Source: a virus. From it: a stretch of DNA of 64,000 nucleotides. A program made the position numbers and the translations under genes. Positions 49,101 through 56,830 of the stretch are shown piece by piece (the stretch's first letter is position 1; each line of letters starts with the position of its first letter). Where the stretch lies: positions 1 to 64,000 of the IMG/VR virus record IMGVR_UViG_3300013004_000026; one strand, given 5' to 3'. The notes below the pieces were generated by a model. It saw only the letters and a list, made by a program, of their open reading frames with translations. It had not been told where the DNA came from and ran no database searches.

Positions 49101-50113
49101 ATAGCAACATTGGCCGCGGCAATGTTGGCTTGAAGTGCAGCAATGGCAGCATTGGCAGCCGTTAGTCCACTGCTGGCATTTAAGGATGCAATAGCAACAT
49201 TGGCAGCTGACACATTTGCATTTAGAGAATTAATTGCAACAGCCTGCGAGGCAGCATTGCTGGTATGAATAGCATAATGACTGTCAATGGTTGCATTGGC
49301 AGCAGTGATGTTGGCTCGTAATTCATTGATCTGAATAGTCTGTGCATTGTTGGTAGTCAACAAACTGTCCAACTTGGCAGATTGAATACTGTTGGCGCCT
49401 TGCAGAGAAATGATAGCTAGATTTTGTGAAGCTGCATTGGCATATAGAGTTACTATGTCAGCATTGGCCAAAGTGATTGCAGCATTGGCAGCAGCTACCC
49501 GATTGGTATTAATCAGTATCGCTGCATTGGCAGCAGTGAGGTTGGCTCGTAGTGCGTTCACAGCAGAGTTCAGTGGTGTCAAATTTACCACTGTGTTCAT
49601 GCTACTACCATCACCAAAGGTAATGGTATCTACGGTGACATTGCCGCCTAGAACAAAGTTGCCATTGACACTTAGTCCGCCGTCAATGATCAAGCTGCCT
49701 AAAATGGTTTGATTACCGCCAACTGTAAGGTTGGCCACATTGCCCCAGCTGTTGCCAGTTAATCGAACATTGCCCAGTGTGCCGCCAGTAATGGCAATGT
49801 TGGCAATGCTGGTAAGGTTTCCAATTGCACTGTCTGTGTATGCATTTGCGGCAGCAGTGTTGCTAGTTATGTATTGTTTTAATTCTGTGACATTGCCCAG
49901 CGTGGCCACGCCTGCTACATCTAGCCAGGTGAGCGTGACATTGCCTTGTCGGCCTGCCACGGAATACACCAGATTATTGGCAGCAGTGGTTACATTGCCA
50001 GCCCAGATGTTTGCAAAGTTTTTGTTTGTTTTGTCAAACGCAACACGCAGATCGTCGCCATCACCTGCACCCGCGCTTGAACCAATATCTATTATTAAGC
50101 GATCAGACATCAT
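43127..50113 (-). CDS. Long tail fibre (2328 aa)
   Basis: GDGDDLRVAFDKTNKNF anchor, SVAGRQGNV, Ala/Asn coiled coil, 16 QPNITSVGTL-type repeats, C-terminal TFSRTSTATY...GIMIEESRQNL beta-sandwich head. Confidence 0.8.
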   Translation of the reverse strand: MMSDRLIIDIGSSAGAGDGDDLRVAFDKTNKNFANIWAGNVTTAANNLVYSVAGRQGNVTLTWLDVAGVATLGNVTELKQYITSNTAAANAYTDSAIGNLTSIANIAITGGTLGNVRLTGNSWGNVANLTVGGNQTILGSLIIDGGLSVNGNFVLGGNVTVDTITFGDGSSMNTVVNLTPLNSAVNALRANLTAANAAILINTNRVAAANAAITLANADIVTLYANAASQNLAIISLQGANSIQSAKLDSLLTTNNAQTIQINELRANITAANATIDSHYAIHTSNAASQAVAINSLNANVSAANVAIASLNASSGLTAANAAIAALQANIAAANVAIITLDSVTTANAITQATLLNTLTANSVTQAQQIASLNANLSAANAQIAAANLTIANVQIAALRANVEAANAAIAAVTVAWTANAAAQATTLSTLTSNASSQAVAITNLIANDVVQHNSIQSLQANVAAANAAIANITLPDLSGNVIMGNVRAYHGNFSVVSGTILTAAQPNITTVGTLDDLDVDGNITADRLTSSQIFGPLRTASQPNITAVGNLTSLTVVGNISSGNVSGATGAFTSLTGTLLTPAQTNITSVGTLGTIAVSGNATVGNLNTSGNVSAFRMTASDGFVGNILTTAQTAITRVGTLVNLSVTGNTTAGNLTTAGTLRAGNVEGTVLTAAQPNITTLGNLTNLEIAGNLIVFGNVSTIQAANVAFGKVFTSNLTALTLVSDDIRGPINTGTQPNIVSVGTLNGLNVNGQARADTVVSNSSVTAVTLLGNLVATNAFVSSTLLVGNINANTNITTGNVNAGNLNITGNLFSTGTGSYVHADIGDFSTLNGLLYINSQPYITSVGILTELRVNGPVEISGSQFVAQDFYVTGNLFVNGNTTTVSAGNVTTSDLDLTLANGAVSATAARGSGILIGQGGAFGNLTIYDGVWTTPNAFAIAGNVNAGNVTATQGTFNIVAGTLQTAAQPNITSVGVLNSVTTSGAILGANIDVVGTTTLDLNATNANLGVVRSASHVFAQGNVLGTVGEFTGLVGSLRTSLQPNITQIGTLANLTITGNLNTGNVSAVTGAFTGLVGTLLTPVQTNITSVGTLGNLNVAGTITANAFAFASIDASFTISNLVVTDFGTINTLIGNSATFGNITGTLLTNSQPNITSVGTLDALSVTGNVSTGNVSGATGTFTDVTVSDALAVLGNAAVGNITASTGTFTNVVGTLLTNSQPFITEIGTLPSLTVTGNISSGNISGNTGSFANVTTVQLNADQATFTANVSTGNVSGSTGTFSNIVGTLVTTAQTNITSIGNLSSLIVTGNVTSANISTFKGSFSQVEGTLLTNAQPFITSVGTLGNLTVSGLITGNISATLFQNGFLTQAIQPNITQVGQLSSLTSAGNITTFGWVISPIVKTTSIEGSVVTPSQTAITTVGNLTSLEVASNISTIGNVISSATVYAQDVVVGNNISANSITVAAGNIVVSNAIVNNSITVAGNVLAGNINANSTLTTTNLTVNGVGVIVGNTSIGNLEINNNLVVSNGNVVALAANLFVSAANITSNLTANVVRITSTTDSFSPLEGALLVAGGVGIGANIAVLGNVISNESGYFASNLFTFGNAHIGGDIYFNSSQTSVDFKSNVGNISLFSSNVTVIEIGGEATTVNIGALSGFGNTTIRNDLTVNGGLFLTGGWGEVGIGNVYINHDLTVANDLFANSLLANGSITANGSGTFNGSITANGDITGTGNITANGSLTGITSITALSASIANSVVIGDRLVLGNTFANAHTIGNANINSGALQVRGGASFQSNVIIGKAVWDTDPVRSTRSEWAGLASNANVYINSTTPTFNSNTGALRVLGGISTAGNLWVNGDATIVGNVNFTAFLAASINNTPIGNATPSSGVFTTIGMGNVRPAKRPTMNFDFGNSSELPMILTFSRTSTATYFTKTGILKLAFAEEPRFTHDPSNLTPMGIMIEESRQNLLRESNSFANSTVYFTLNGNVDTVSNATTSPDSLYNAFKITGDTSNSIHGIYQDATYHPTLGIGQEVVASAFVKAAELDQATLIFENEGSPTIFDLTNGTVDTEGPSYRSSIQTLANGWYRIQSTVTKTNTSGNILLALADSGSEQFWANGQGIYGFGLQMELGDFATSYVPTTTVANTRSADSLTVNNFDFARLYDYSASTVFVDAALDYRPTTAVNNNRRSTFVSFNDGTVNNRITVLAENKNAPVDRTANLIIYSGGVLQTNTSILTANVATANLNTGTDKIAVYFKKNMIGRAFNNIANVFVTTGNIPQSVSRIEFGTGPGTDSLNGTIRKIQIYPGIVDGNELRTLSINKSEGTF

Positions 50114-50164
50114 CCACCCTCATATTTGATATTTATGAAGGTGTAGGTATAAAGGAATTTGGCG

Positions 50165-50488
50165 TTAGATACTAAAACTGCTGCCGCAACCGCAGGTTGT
50201 TTGTGCGTTTGGGTTCTTGATTTTGAACTCACTGCCCATGAGATTTTCGGTATAATCCACTTCTGCACCTTGTAAATACTGGCTGCTCATGCTGTCTACC
50301 AGCAGATGCATGCCGTCAAATTCAAGGTCAAAGTCATCTTCGTTTACAATTTCATCAAATGTAAACCCATAGCTGAAGCCGGAGCAACCACCACCTTGTA
50401 CAAATATGCGTAGTTTAAGATCTGGATTGTTTTCTTCTGCTATTAGATCTTTAATTTTGGCAATTGCGCTAGGTTTAATTTCAATCAT
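50165..50488 (-). CDS. erpA: A-type Fe-S cluster carrier ErpA/IscA
   Basis: [31 protein letters not shown]. Confidence 0.92.
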   Translation of the reverse strand: MIEIKPSAIAKIKDLIAEENNPDLKLRIFVQGGGCSGFSYGFTFDEIVNEDDFDLEFDGMHLLVDSMSSQYLQGAEVDYTENLMGSEFKIKNPNAQTTCGCGSSFSI

Positions 50489-50817
50489 AGTAGGTCCTTT
50501 TTGTCACCAACACTGGTATTTAATCTAGGGTTCCATGAGTCTGCATATTCAGGAACTGAGCCCTTTACACTTATGGGTTTATAAACTGTGACTAGTTCTT
50601 GATTTTTTGCAGCCCAATATTCCAGTTCTGGAGTCATGTGGGTATCGGGGTGTATGGCACCAGCCGGGCATTCAGGCTCACATACTCCGCAGTCTATGCA
50701 CTGGTCAGGATCAATTACTAGAAATTCCGGTCCTTCAAAAAAACAATCCACCGGACATACAGAAACGCAGTCTTGATACTTGCAGCGTATGCAAGCACCA
50801 TCTACAATATAAGTCAT
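50485..50817 (-). CDS. fdxA: 7Fe-type ferredoxin
   Basis: [30 protein letters not shown]. Confidence 0.88.
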   Translation of the reverse strand: MTYIVDGACIRCKYQDCVSVCPVDCFFEGPEFLVIDPDQCIDCGVCEPECPAGAIHPDTHMTPELEYWAAKNQELVTVYKPISVKGSVPEYADSWNPRLNTSVGDKKDLL

Positions 50818-50818
50818 G

Positions 50819-51382
50819 TTATCTTAATCCGCCGTAGATTCTGCGGTTGATCATTTCCCAGTTGATCATCCGCCAGGTATTTTTTAGATACTTGGCTTTG
50901 TCAGCTCGATAATCTAGAACCCAGGCATGTTCCCACCAGTCAATGAGCAGAGCTATGTCTTTTTTAATTTGATGATTCTTGATAGTCTTGATTTCACCCG
51001 ACCGACTCATGTACACCCAACCAGACCCTTGTATGCTCATGGCTTCTTTTTCTATGGCTTTTTGGAACTTGTTGTAGTTATTAAACTTACGATTGATCAG
51101 TTCCAGGCTTGCACCATGTGGTTTGTTACCGGGCGAGGGTGGTTGCAGTTGTGTGAAATAGATGTTGTGCAAGAAGGCGCCTGCTTCATTGAAGTCAGCA
51201 TCACCCTCGCCGGCATTGTAACGATCCACATAACCTCGATACAGAGTACCGTAGTGATAGTCCAGTGTTTCTTTGGATTTTACGGGATCAAGATCTGTGC
51301 GTTTGTAAGGCAAGTCTGCCTGCACTAGATCCTTTTTCTCCTTGCTTTCTACCAAGGCTATCAACTGTCGTATATTGCTCAT
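50819..51382 (-). CDS. Fe/Mn superoxide dismutase with N-terminal leader
   Basis: LPY...L.P, TLDYHYG, FLHNIYF, QGSGW, DWWEHAW..DY; start MSNIRQL 5 nt after TAAATA. Confidence 0.88.
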   Translation of the reverse strand: MSNIRQLIALVESKEKKDLVQADLPYKRTDLDPVKSKETLDYHYGTLYRGYVDRYNAGEGDADFNEAGAFLHNIYFTQLQPPSPGNKPHGASLELINRKFNNYNKFQKAIEKEAMSIQGSGWVYMSRSGEIKTIKNHQIKKDIALLIDWWEHAWVLDYRADKAKYLKNTWRMINWEMINRRIYGGLR

Positions 51383-51386
51383 ACAA

Positions 51387-51611
51387 CTATTTATTACGAT
51401 AGGTAATGCGTCCTTTGGTAAGATCATATGGGCTCATTTCAATTTCTACTTCGTCGCCCATCAATACCTTGATATTGTTTTGGCGCAGTCTGCCGCCTAA
51501 ATATGCTGTTATTTTGTGTTGACTGTCTTTCAGAATAACTCTGAATGTTGCGTTGGGTAATACTTCGTCCACGGTGCCTTGTGCCGTTACGAATTCGTCT
51601 TTCTTGGCCAC
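51387..51611 (-). CDS. infA: Translation initiation factor IF-1
   Basis: GTVDEVLPNATFRV, GDEVEIEMSPYDLTKGRITYR; GTG start with AAGGAG. Confidence 0.95.
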   Translation of the reverse strand: MAKKDEFVTAQGTVDEVLPNATFRVILKDSQHKITAYLGGRLRQNNIKVLMGDEVEIEMSPYDLTKGRITYRNK

Positions 51612-51636
51612 TGAAAAATTTTCTCCTTATCTGCCG

Positions 51637-52029
51637 TTAACCACGGCGCATCTTACTTATCTCAACAGCTTCTTCATCGCTAAACACCGGCACAGCATTT
51701 GACTTGTGCATGGTAGCAATACCTTTGACCTTGGTACCTGTATAGACCTTTGCAGGTGCTAGCACAGCGTTACCTAAGCCTGTGTCGCGGCTGGGCAGGC
51801 GAGGTTGCTCGGCACCGCGATGCATTGTACGAGGCGGTACATAGGCGGGTGCTGCCATGGCACGATTTTTGCGTTTGGTTTCAAGTTCTAGCCCCCACTT
51901 GGCTTGCAGTTCTTTCCAGCTGGCGTCAAGTTCGCGAGACTTTTTGGCTTCATCGGCATTACGAAATTTTATCTTGCCTTTTTTCTTACCGGTTAGGCTC
52001 AGCGCAGGGTGTGCAAGATGCATGGTCAT
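51637..52029 (-). CDS. Conserved basic phage protein
   Basis: YTGTKVKGIATMHKSNAVPVF...ISKMRR motif. Confidence 0.7.
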   Translation of the reverse strand: MTMHLAHPALSLTGKKKGKIKFRNADEAKKSRELDASWKELQAKWGLELETKRKNRAMAAPAYVPPRTMHRGAEQPRLPSRDTGLGNAVLAPAKVYTGTKVKGIATMHKSNAVPVFSDEEAVEISKMRRG

Positions 52030-52192
52030 AGATCAGGTCCTCGGTGCCATTGTTGTCTTGCTAGTTTATACTCTTCTACACATTTTGTCAAGAAGCGCCA
52101 AACAGGTGTGGCTAAAAAACCACAAACAAATCCGTACACAAACCATTCTAACCCAAAGATAAAGTTAGTCATGCTTGGCCCATGTGTTGGTT
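52026..52192 (-). CDS. Small membrane protein
   Basis: MTNFIFGLEWFVYGFVCGFLATPVW; start trimmed from ORF track. Confidence 0.5.
52063..52091 (-). promoter_or_regulatory. sigma70-type promoter (intragenic)
   Basis: TTGACA-17 nt-TAAACT upstream of 51637..52029. Confidence 0.65.
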
Positions 52193-52455
52193 TTGTAATC
52201 CCAATGTCGGCGGTCTGGCAGAGATAGTTGCACACCTAGCCCTAGTATACCAAAGCTGATTTCAAAACCTGCATGATCCCGCCCCTGCAAACGAGTGTCC
52301 AAGTTGGCATGTGCCAGTGCAATTGGATAGTAGTCTACACATATTTCCAGTGTTTTATTTTTACTAACACGCCAGCCACCCTGATACAGTGTGCGCCAGG
52401 GCCAGCGATGTTCGTTGTGCCAGGGATTTACAATGTCAAAATGCAAATAAATCAT
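52165..52455 (-). CDS. Hypothetical protein
   Basis: DHAG...D.RHWDY motif. Confidence 0.65.
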   Translation of the reverse strand: MIYLHFDIVNPWHNEHRWPWRTLYQGGWRVSKNKTLEICVDYYPIALAHANLDTRLQGRDHAGFEISFGILGLGVQLSLPDRRHWDYKTNTWAKHD

Positions 52456-52796
52456 TTCTTTGCTTGTCGTTGCTTGCGAAACGCTGCCACATCTTTACTG
52501 GCACTTTGTAGCACAGCAGAGTAGTTGAGCGCAGCTTGAGGAGTCATTATGATCGAGGCTTCATATTTGACATAGCCTCGTGTAAGTAGTCCCCAAATGA
52601 CTTGCCACCTGTTTTGGCTCCACCAATTGGTTTTCTGGGTGGTGTATGTGGTGACTGTGACTCCTGTTTCGTCTGCTTCGATGCAGACATCGTGGGTGCA
52701 TTCGGAGTTACAGCAGTCACACGGAACCGTATAGAATTTGGCATCTCCAAAATCCTTGTGTAGTAGAATCCCTTCAGCGGGTGCTTGATGTTTCAA
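52452..52796 (-). CDS. Hypothetical protein with CxCC...H motif
   Basis: Probable TTG start; PCDCCNSECTH. Confidence 0.6.
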   Translation of the reverse strand: MKHQAPAEGILLHKDFGDAKFYTVPCDCCNSECTHDVCIEADETGVTVTTYTTQKTNWWSQNRWQVIWGLLTRGYVKYEASIIMTPQAALNYSAVLQSASKDVAAFRKQRQAKK

Positions 52797-53118
52797 ATTT
52801 AATCTCCGCATTAGCTCTGTGTAGAGCACTAAAAACTTTGTCATGTAAAATAAAAATCTTGTCAGGAAATCTTGTTATGATACTGAGTTTTACATCTTCC
52901 TCTGTGATACCCTGACCAAGAAACTGACTGTTTTCTTTGTCATAGGCCAATAACGCATTCTGCTCAGGAAGAGGCTGCAGGTCTACGATTCTAATGCGCC
53001 TGTCTGCTTCGGCTTTGAGTTTGTCAAAATTTTCCTGAGCTTCCATACGCAATATCATTATGCGAACAACCAATACCAACAAGTAAATGGCCACAAACCA
53101 ACCAATTAATTCTGTCAT
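52774..53118 (-). CDS. Membrane-anchored hypothetical protein
   Basis: N-terminal TM; YDK...FLGQG. Confidence 0.65.
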   Translation of the reverse strand: MTELIGWFVAIYLLVLVVRIMILRMEAQENFDKLKAEADRRIRIVDLQPLPEQNALLAYDKENSQFLGQGITEEDVKLSIITRFPDKIFILHDKVFSALHRANAEIKFETSSTR

Positions 53119-53167
53119 GATTTCTCCAAACTATATTTGTTAGTTATTCAAATTTGATACAGATTCA

Positions 53168-54010
53168 TCAAGTCCACAAACTGTTGCGAATTTTGATCAA
53201 ACGAATCATCATGGCTTCGTCTTCTTTTTCATACTGCATTTCAATTTTATGAGTCAGATCCAGTGCCCGCTTGCCCAATTTTTTGGTTTCAGGATTCTGA
53301 CTTTCAACACCAATCCAGCGCACACCTTCGCCTTTTTCTTGGCGCATGCGATCGCAGTATTCGGTCCAACCACTGGCGTCGTGTGGATCTGGGCGATTAA
53401 GGTACACTTCGGTCCACCATTTATACAAGGCCATAATTTCTGCAGCATTTTTGGCCTGAAGCGTTGGTTTGCCGTAGCCTTTGTCGTCAGGGTTAAGGCC
53501 ATAGTCTTCCTTGGCAGTAATGCTCATTTGCCAGACAAGATTGTCTAGGCCTGCTTGACGACAGCGCCAGGTGCGCCAACGGAACCAGCCAGTTGCATAC
53601 CAAGGAGATTCGTACTTCTTGCGAGCCTCTCCGTCCCATACTATCTGCCACCAAGCTAATTCAACTTCAACAAAGTCAACTAGTTCGTTAAAAAGACATG
53701 GAAGAAAACGGTTGCCAACATCGCGCCACTCGCCAGGCTTAATATCCCTAGGGTGAGCAGTGAGCGCATGGGTGCGAGTGACCCAGCGATTATTAACATA
53801 GTACTTGATGTCATAGAGTCTATCCACCGGCCACATGATAAAAGTTTGTAATTTGTCCAGGCCTTCTTCGGCTAGCCACCAGCGTATGGGATAAGCAGCT
53901 TTGGCGCGATCTTCCCACTCGCCCCATTCTTCGCTGGTACCGCATTTGAGCTTGGTTGTGCCACGCAGCCAATCTGCAAATTTTGAACATGTCCAATAAT
54001 TACTTCTCAT
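53168..54010 (-). CDS. Trp-rich conserved phage hypothetical protein
   Basis: 280 aa, AAGGA RBS. Confidence 0.75.
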   Translation of the reverse strand: MRSNYWTCSKFADWLRGTTKLKCGTSEEWGEWEDRAKAAYPIRWWLAEEGLDKLQTFIMWPVDRLYDIKYYVNNRWVTRTHALTAHPRDIKPGEWRDVGNRFLPCLFNELVDFVEVELAWWQIVWDGEARKKYESPWYATGWFRWRTWRCRQAGLDNLVWQMSITAKEDYGLNPDDKGYGKPTLQAKNAAEIMALYKWWTEVYLNRPDPHDASGWTEYCDRMRQEKGEGVRWIGVESQNPETKKLGKRALDLTHKIEMQYEKEDEAMMIRLIKIRNSLWT

Positions 54011-54019
54011 TTGTTTTCC

Positions 54020-54436
54020 TTACTTAATTGTTACAGATTGTAAGCCTTCTATTGTGATATTACCAACCCAGGTCAAATCGCTGGCTGTCAGCGGAGTGAT
54101 GTTTATGGTGTCTGTGCCTGTACTGTACACATATGGCATGTTACTGCTGTTCATGTTTTGTCCAAGATCAAACACAGAATTTTCCCCAGCAAAAGAATAG
54201 TCGCCTCTGCTTTGCATGATTTGTACATCTCGTCGAAGGTCTTTGAGTTCCGATTCGGCCCAATCCAGTCTTTTTAACAACATGGCAAATGGCCCGGGTT
54301 CTTCTTTTTCTTGCCTGGCCAGGCTGCTGAGCAGTGCCAGTCTTTGAAAGGCACTTTGCACAGCAACGCTGTCACTGGTTATCACATCATCAAAGATGGC
54401 TGCCAGTTCGGCAATTTGTTGTTCGCTAAGTTTCAT
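54020..54436 (-). CDS. Hypothetical protein
   Basis: Start MKLSEQ with ATGA overlap. Confidence 0.6.
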   Translation of the reverse strand: MKLSEQQIAELAAIFDDVITSDSVAVQSAFQRLALLSSLARQEKEEPGPFAMLLKRLDWAESELKDLRRDVQIMQSRGDYSFAGENSVFDLGQNMNSSNMPYVYSTGTDTINITPLTASDLTWVGNITIEGLQSVTIK

Positions 54437-54672
54437 GTGTATTTTAGTATATACCAAGTTTTCATGCGTTCATCGTAGAAATCCAAACAAACTATCACTT
54501 TATGATGTCGTCCGTCTTGGCTCCATTGAGTATGAGTACGCACAGTGAATCCGCACTCGCGTTTCATAACCCAGCTGATCAAGATCTTTTGGCCAAAGTC
54601 TTCAAGCAGGCGTTGCTTGACCTTTTCCCACTCTTCACATGACAGTTCCAGATGTTTGATTGGTTTGTCCAT
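54433..54672 (-). CDS. Small LKW-family protein (variant, ILKYT)
   Basis: C-term LDFYDERMKTWYILKYT. Confidence 0.65.
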   Translation of the reverse strand: MDKPIKHLELSCEEWEKVKQRLLEDFGQKILISWVMKRECGFTVRTHTQWSQDGRHHKVIVCLDFYDERMKTWYILKYT

Positions 54673-54673
54673 A

Positions 54674-55021
54674 TTACAACCATTTAAGTGTCATTAGTAT
54701 AGCATCTTTTTCATTTTTGAACAAGAACAACATGTGGTCTGTGCTGGGGTGAGTGACATATTTTTCGCCCGGAAGTCCAAAATTTTCCACAGCCCAGGCA
54801 CAGGCTTGATTCCAAAAATAAGTTGTGTCTTTGCCCTTTTCCCATTTTAGTTCAACAGGATGCCAATCTTTGCATTCTTTCAATGTAGCCTCCCAGAGTG
54901 CGTTGTTCAGAACCTCACGATCAATTTCGTCTTTTAGGATTTTGGCAAATTGATTTTCTAACCCGTCCTGCAGATTTTCTCGACCTGTGATTTGTACTAG
55001 ACCTCGCCCACGATATTTCAT
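54674..55021 (-). CDS. LKW-family protein with N-terminal GH19-like peptide
   Basis: MKYRGRGLVQITGRENL...FKNEKDAILMTLKWL. Confidence 0.7.
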   Translation of the reverse strand: MKYRGRGLVQITGRENLQDGLENQFAKILKDEIDREVLNNALWEATLKECKDWHPVELKWEKGKDTTYFWNQACAWAVENFGLPGEKYVTHPSTDHMLFLFKNEKDAILMTLKWL

Positions 55022-55248
55022 GACCATTTTAGTGTAAACAGAGTGGCTTCACTTTCTTCCCCAAACATCAATCCGCAGCCTTTTTCTTCACCAACTGCGC
55101 TAGGATTGCTCACAATGTACACTTGATATGCTCCATATTCGCGTTTGAGCCAATCCCAAAAATCTTCGTCACACTGCTGCTGCCGGTGATGCTCCTGTAA
55201 TTTTTCCCAATAGGGTTCAATGGGCACAGTAATCATTGCTTTAGCCAT
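55018..55248 (-). CDS. Small LKW-family protein
   Basis: C-term FGEESEATLFTLKWS. Confidence 0.7.
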   Translation of the reverse strand: MAKAMITVPIEPYWEKLQEHHRQQQCDEDFWDWLKREYGAYQVYIVSNPSAVGEEKGCGLMFGEESEATLFTLKWS

Positions 55249-55460
55249 CTCAAACTGAACAGAGTAGCGTCTCCTTCATTTTTGAATGCAAACTTGCTAT
55301 CGGCAGACTCACCTGTAAGTCTGCCAATCCAGGTGTTGTCTTGAAATACTTTAGCGCACCAGGCTCTTGCGCTATGATAATTTTTTACATCAAACAACGA
55401 CGCCTCCAACACAACCACAGTCCAACCTTGCTTGACATAATAGCGCATGCGTTTTTTCAC
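55233..55460 (-). CDS. Small LKW-family protein
   Basis: C-term FKNEGDATLFSLRWLKQ. Confidence 0.7.
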   Translation of the reverse strand: MKKRMRYYVKQGWTVVVLEASLFDVKNYHSARAWCAKVFQDNTWIGRLTGESADSKFAFKNEGDATLFSLRWLKQ

Positions 55461-55462
55461 AG

Positions 55463-55714
55463 CTATCTATTCCATCGCAGTAAAAACAATGTTAAATCTG
55501 TTTGGTTGCGGAACCAAAACTTAGCATTGTTAGCATACCAACGCATATTAGGAGTCCACACCCCGTTATCAGCACTAGGTCCAAAAGTCTCAATCATCCA
55601 AGCCATCATGTGCGGCCACTCTTTACCAGCTTCCAATGGCGCGGCTGTGTAATACCTCTGGTCGTACACTGTGCCTTCGTTTACCTCAATACTGAAATTT
55701 GATTGTACATGCAT
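55463..55714 (-). CDS. Small LKW-family protein
   Basis: C-term FRNQTDLTLFLLRWNR; TAATG coupling. Confidence 0.7.
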   Translation of the reverse strand: MHVQSNFSIEVNEGTVYDQRYYTAAPLEAGKEWPHMMAWMIETFGPSADNGVWTPNMRWYANNAKFWFRNQTDLTLFLLRWNR

Positions 55715-55920
55715 TACAGTTCTTTCATGGTGATCATACTGGCCCAACTCTGTGCATCATTGGCAAACATGAACACAATTTCTTTCTGTGTAGTGTCCAG
55801 ACGCCAGGTATAATCGCGGCCAATCACAAGCTCATGCTCTTTGAGGAATCTACTGATTCTAATTCCTCGTTCGCTTTCATTGTGTTGTTCGCCTTTCCAG
55901 GCCAATCTAACCTGTTCCAT
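55714..55920 (-). CDS. Small LKW-family protein (degenerate)
   Basis: C-term FMFANDAQSWASMITMKEL. Confidence 0.55.
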   Translation of the reverse strand: MEQVRLAWKGEQHNESERGIRISRFLKEHELVIGRDYTWRLDTTQKEIVFMFANDAQSWASMITMKEL

Positions 55921-55921
55921 A

Positions 55922-56161
55922 CTAGCACCATTTGAGAATAAAGGCCATTAGGTCTTTTTCGTTTTTGAAATTCCACATGTCAAAACTCATGCGCACTCCG
56001 CATTGATGTTCCATGCTCCATAACATTATAGCATCGGCTTCCTTTTCTGTCAAGGTACTGTCGGGAAAAGGAGGGCTATCAGGCTCGATGCCCAAAAGAC
56101 GAATGTAGTATCGTCCTTTGTCGGTCTGGTGTTGATATCTTTGTGGTATTCTTACATCCAT
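55922..56161 (-). CDS. Small LKW-family protein
   Basis: C-term FKNEKDLMAFILKWC. Confidence 0.7.
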   Translation of the reverse strand: MDVRIPQRYQHQTDKGRYYIRLLGIEPDSPPFPDSTLTEKEADAIMLWSMEHQCGVRMSFDMWNFKNEKDLMAFILKWC

Positions 56162-56394
56162 TTTAATATAAAAACCTCTGCGTCTCTTGCATCTTCAAAG
56201 TAAAACAAAAAACCTGCGGTAGGATTCCACTCTGGTCCACGCAACTGATATCTACCAAATCCTGCATACTCATTCACCCAATTGGTCAAGTCATGACAGT
56301 TAGGGTGTTGTTCCAACATGCGTTCCCAGGGCATGAACACCTGTGTCCAGTGTGCAGGAAACGGCAAGCTGTCATCCTTGATCATGACGATCAT
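56152..56394 (-). CDS. Small LKW-family protein
   Basis: C-term FEDARDAEVFILKWM. Confidence 0.7.
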   Translation of the reverse strand: MIVMIKDDSLPFPAHWTQVFMPWERMLEQHPNCHDLTNWVNEYAGFGRYQLRGPEWNPTAGFLFYFEDARDAEVFILKWM

Positions 56395-56830
56395 GCATGG
56401 TTACCCCATTCAAGTGATCCAGCTCATGCTGATAGCACACAGCGGCAAGTTCTTCTAGTTCTTCTTCATGCCAGTCACCGTGTATGTCTTGGTATCTAGC
56501 CCAGATCTTTCTTGGACGATGTGTAAGTACATATTCATCAGGAAAGCTCAAACAACCTTCCTGGCATTCAAACAGTTGATCTGTTGTGGCATCAAAAAAT
56601 TCAGGATTGAAACAGGTCCTGGTCAATCCGTTAACACTCATCACAAACACTCTGCGGCTGATGCCCACCTGTGGTGCAGCCAAGCCAATTGCATCACTGT
56701 TAGTCATGAACTGGTGCATCATGGTGGCCAGGCGCATGAGTGGCCGTGCATCCTCAAAGGTGACAGGCTTGGCAACATTTTTTAGCACACGATGTGTGAG
56801 ACGAAGCTTGTTTGGAATCAAGATGCCCAT
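56372..56830 (-). CDS. def: Peptide deformylase (short, phage-type)
   Basis: GLAAPQVG, EGCLS, QHELDHLNG; ends shortly after the HExxH motif. Confidence 0.93.
   Translation of the reverse strand: MGILIPNKLRLTHRVLKNVAKPVTFEDARPLMRLATMMHQFMTNSDAIGLAAPQVGISRRVFVMSVNGLTRTCFNPEFFDATTDQLFECQEGCLSFPDEYVLTHRPRKIWARYQDIHGDWHEEELEELAAVCYQHELDHLNGVTMHDRHDQG

Noticed and set aside
43708-50129. Many plus-strand ORFs (60-280 aa) opposite the tail-fibre genes, also at 30047-31651
   Set aside because: Antisense shadows caused by the codon bias of G/N/T/V/A-rich proteins; no RBS or promoters; Leu/Pro/Val-rich nonsense translations
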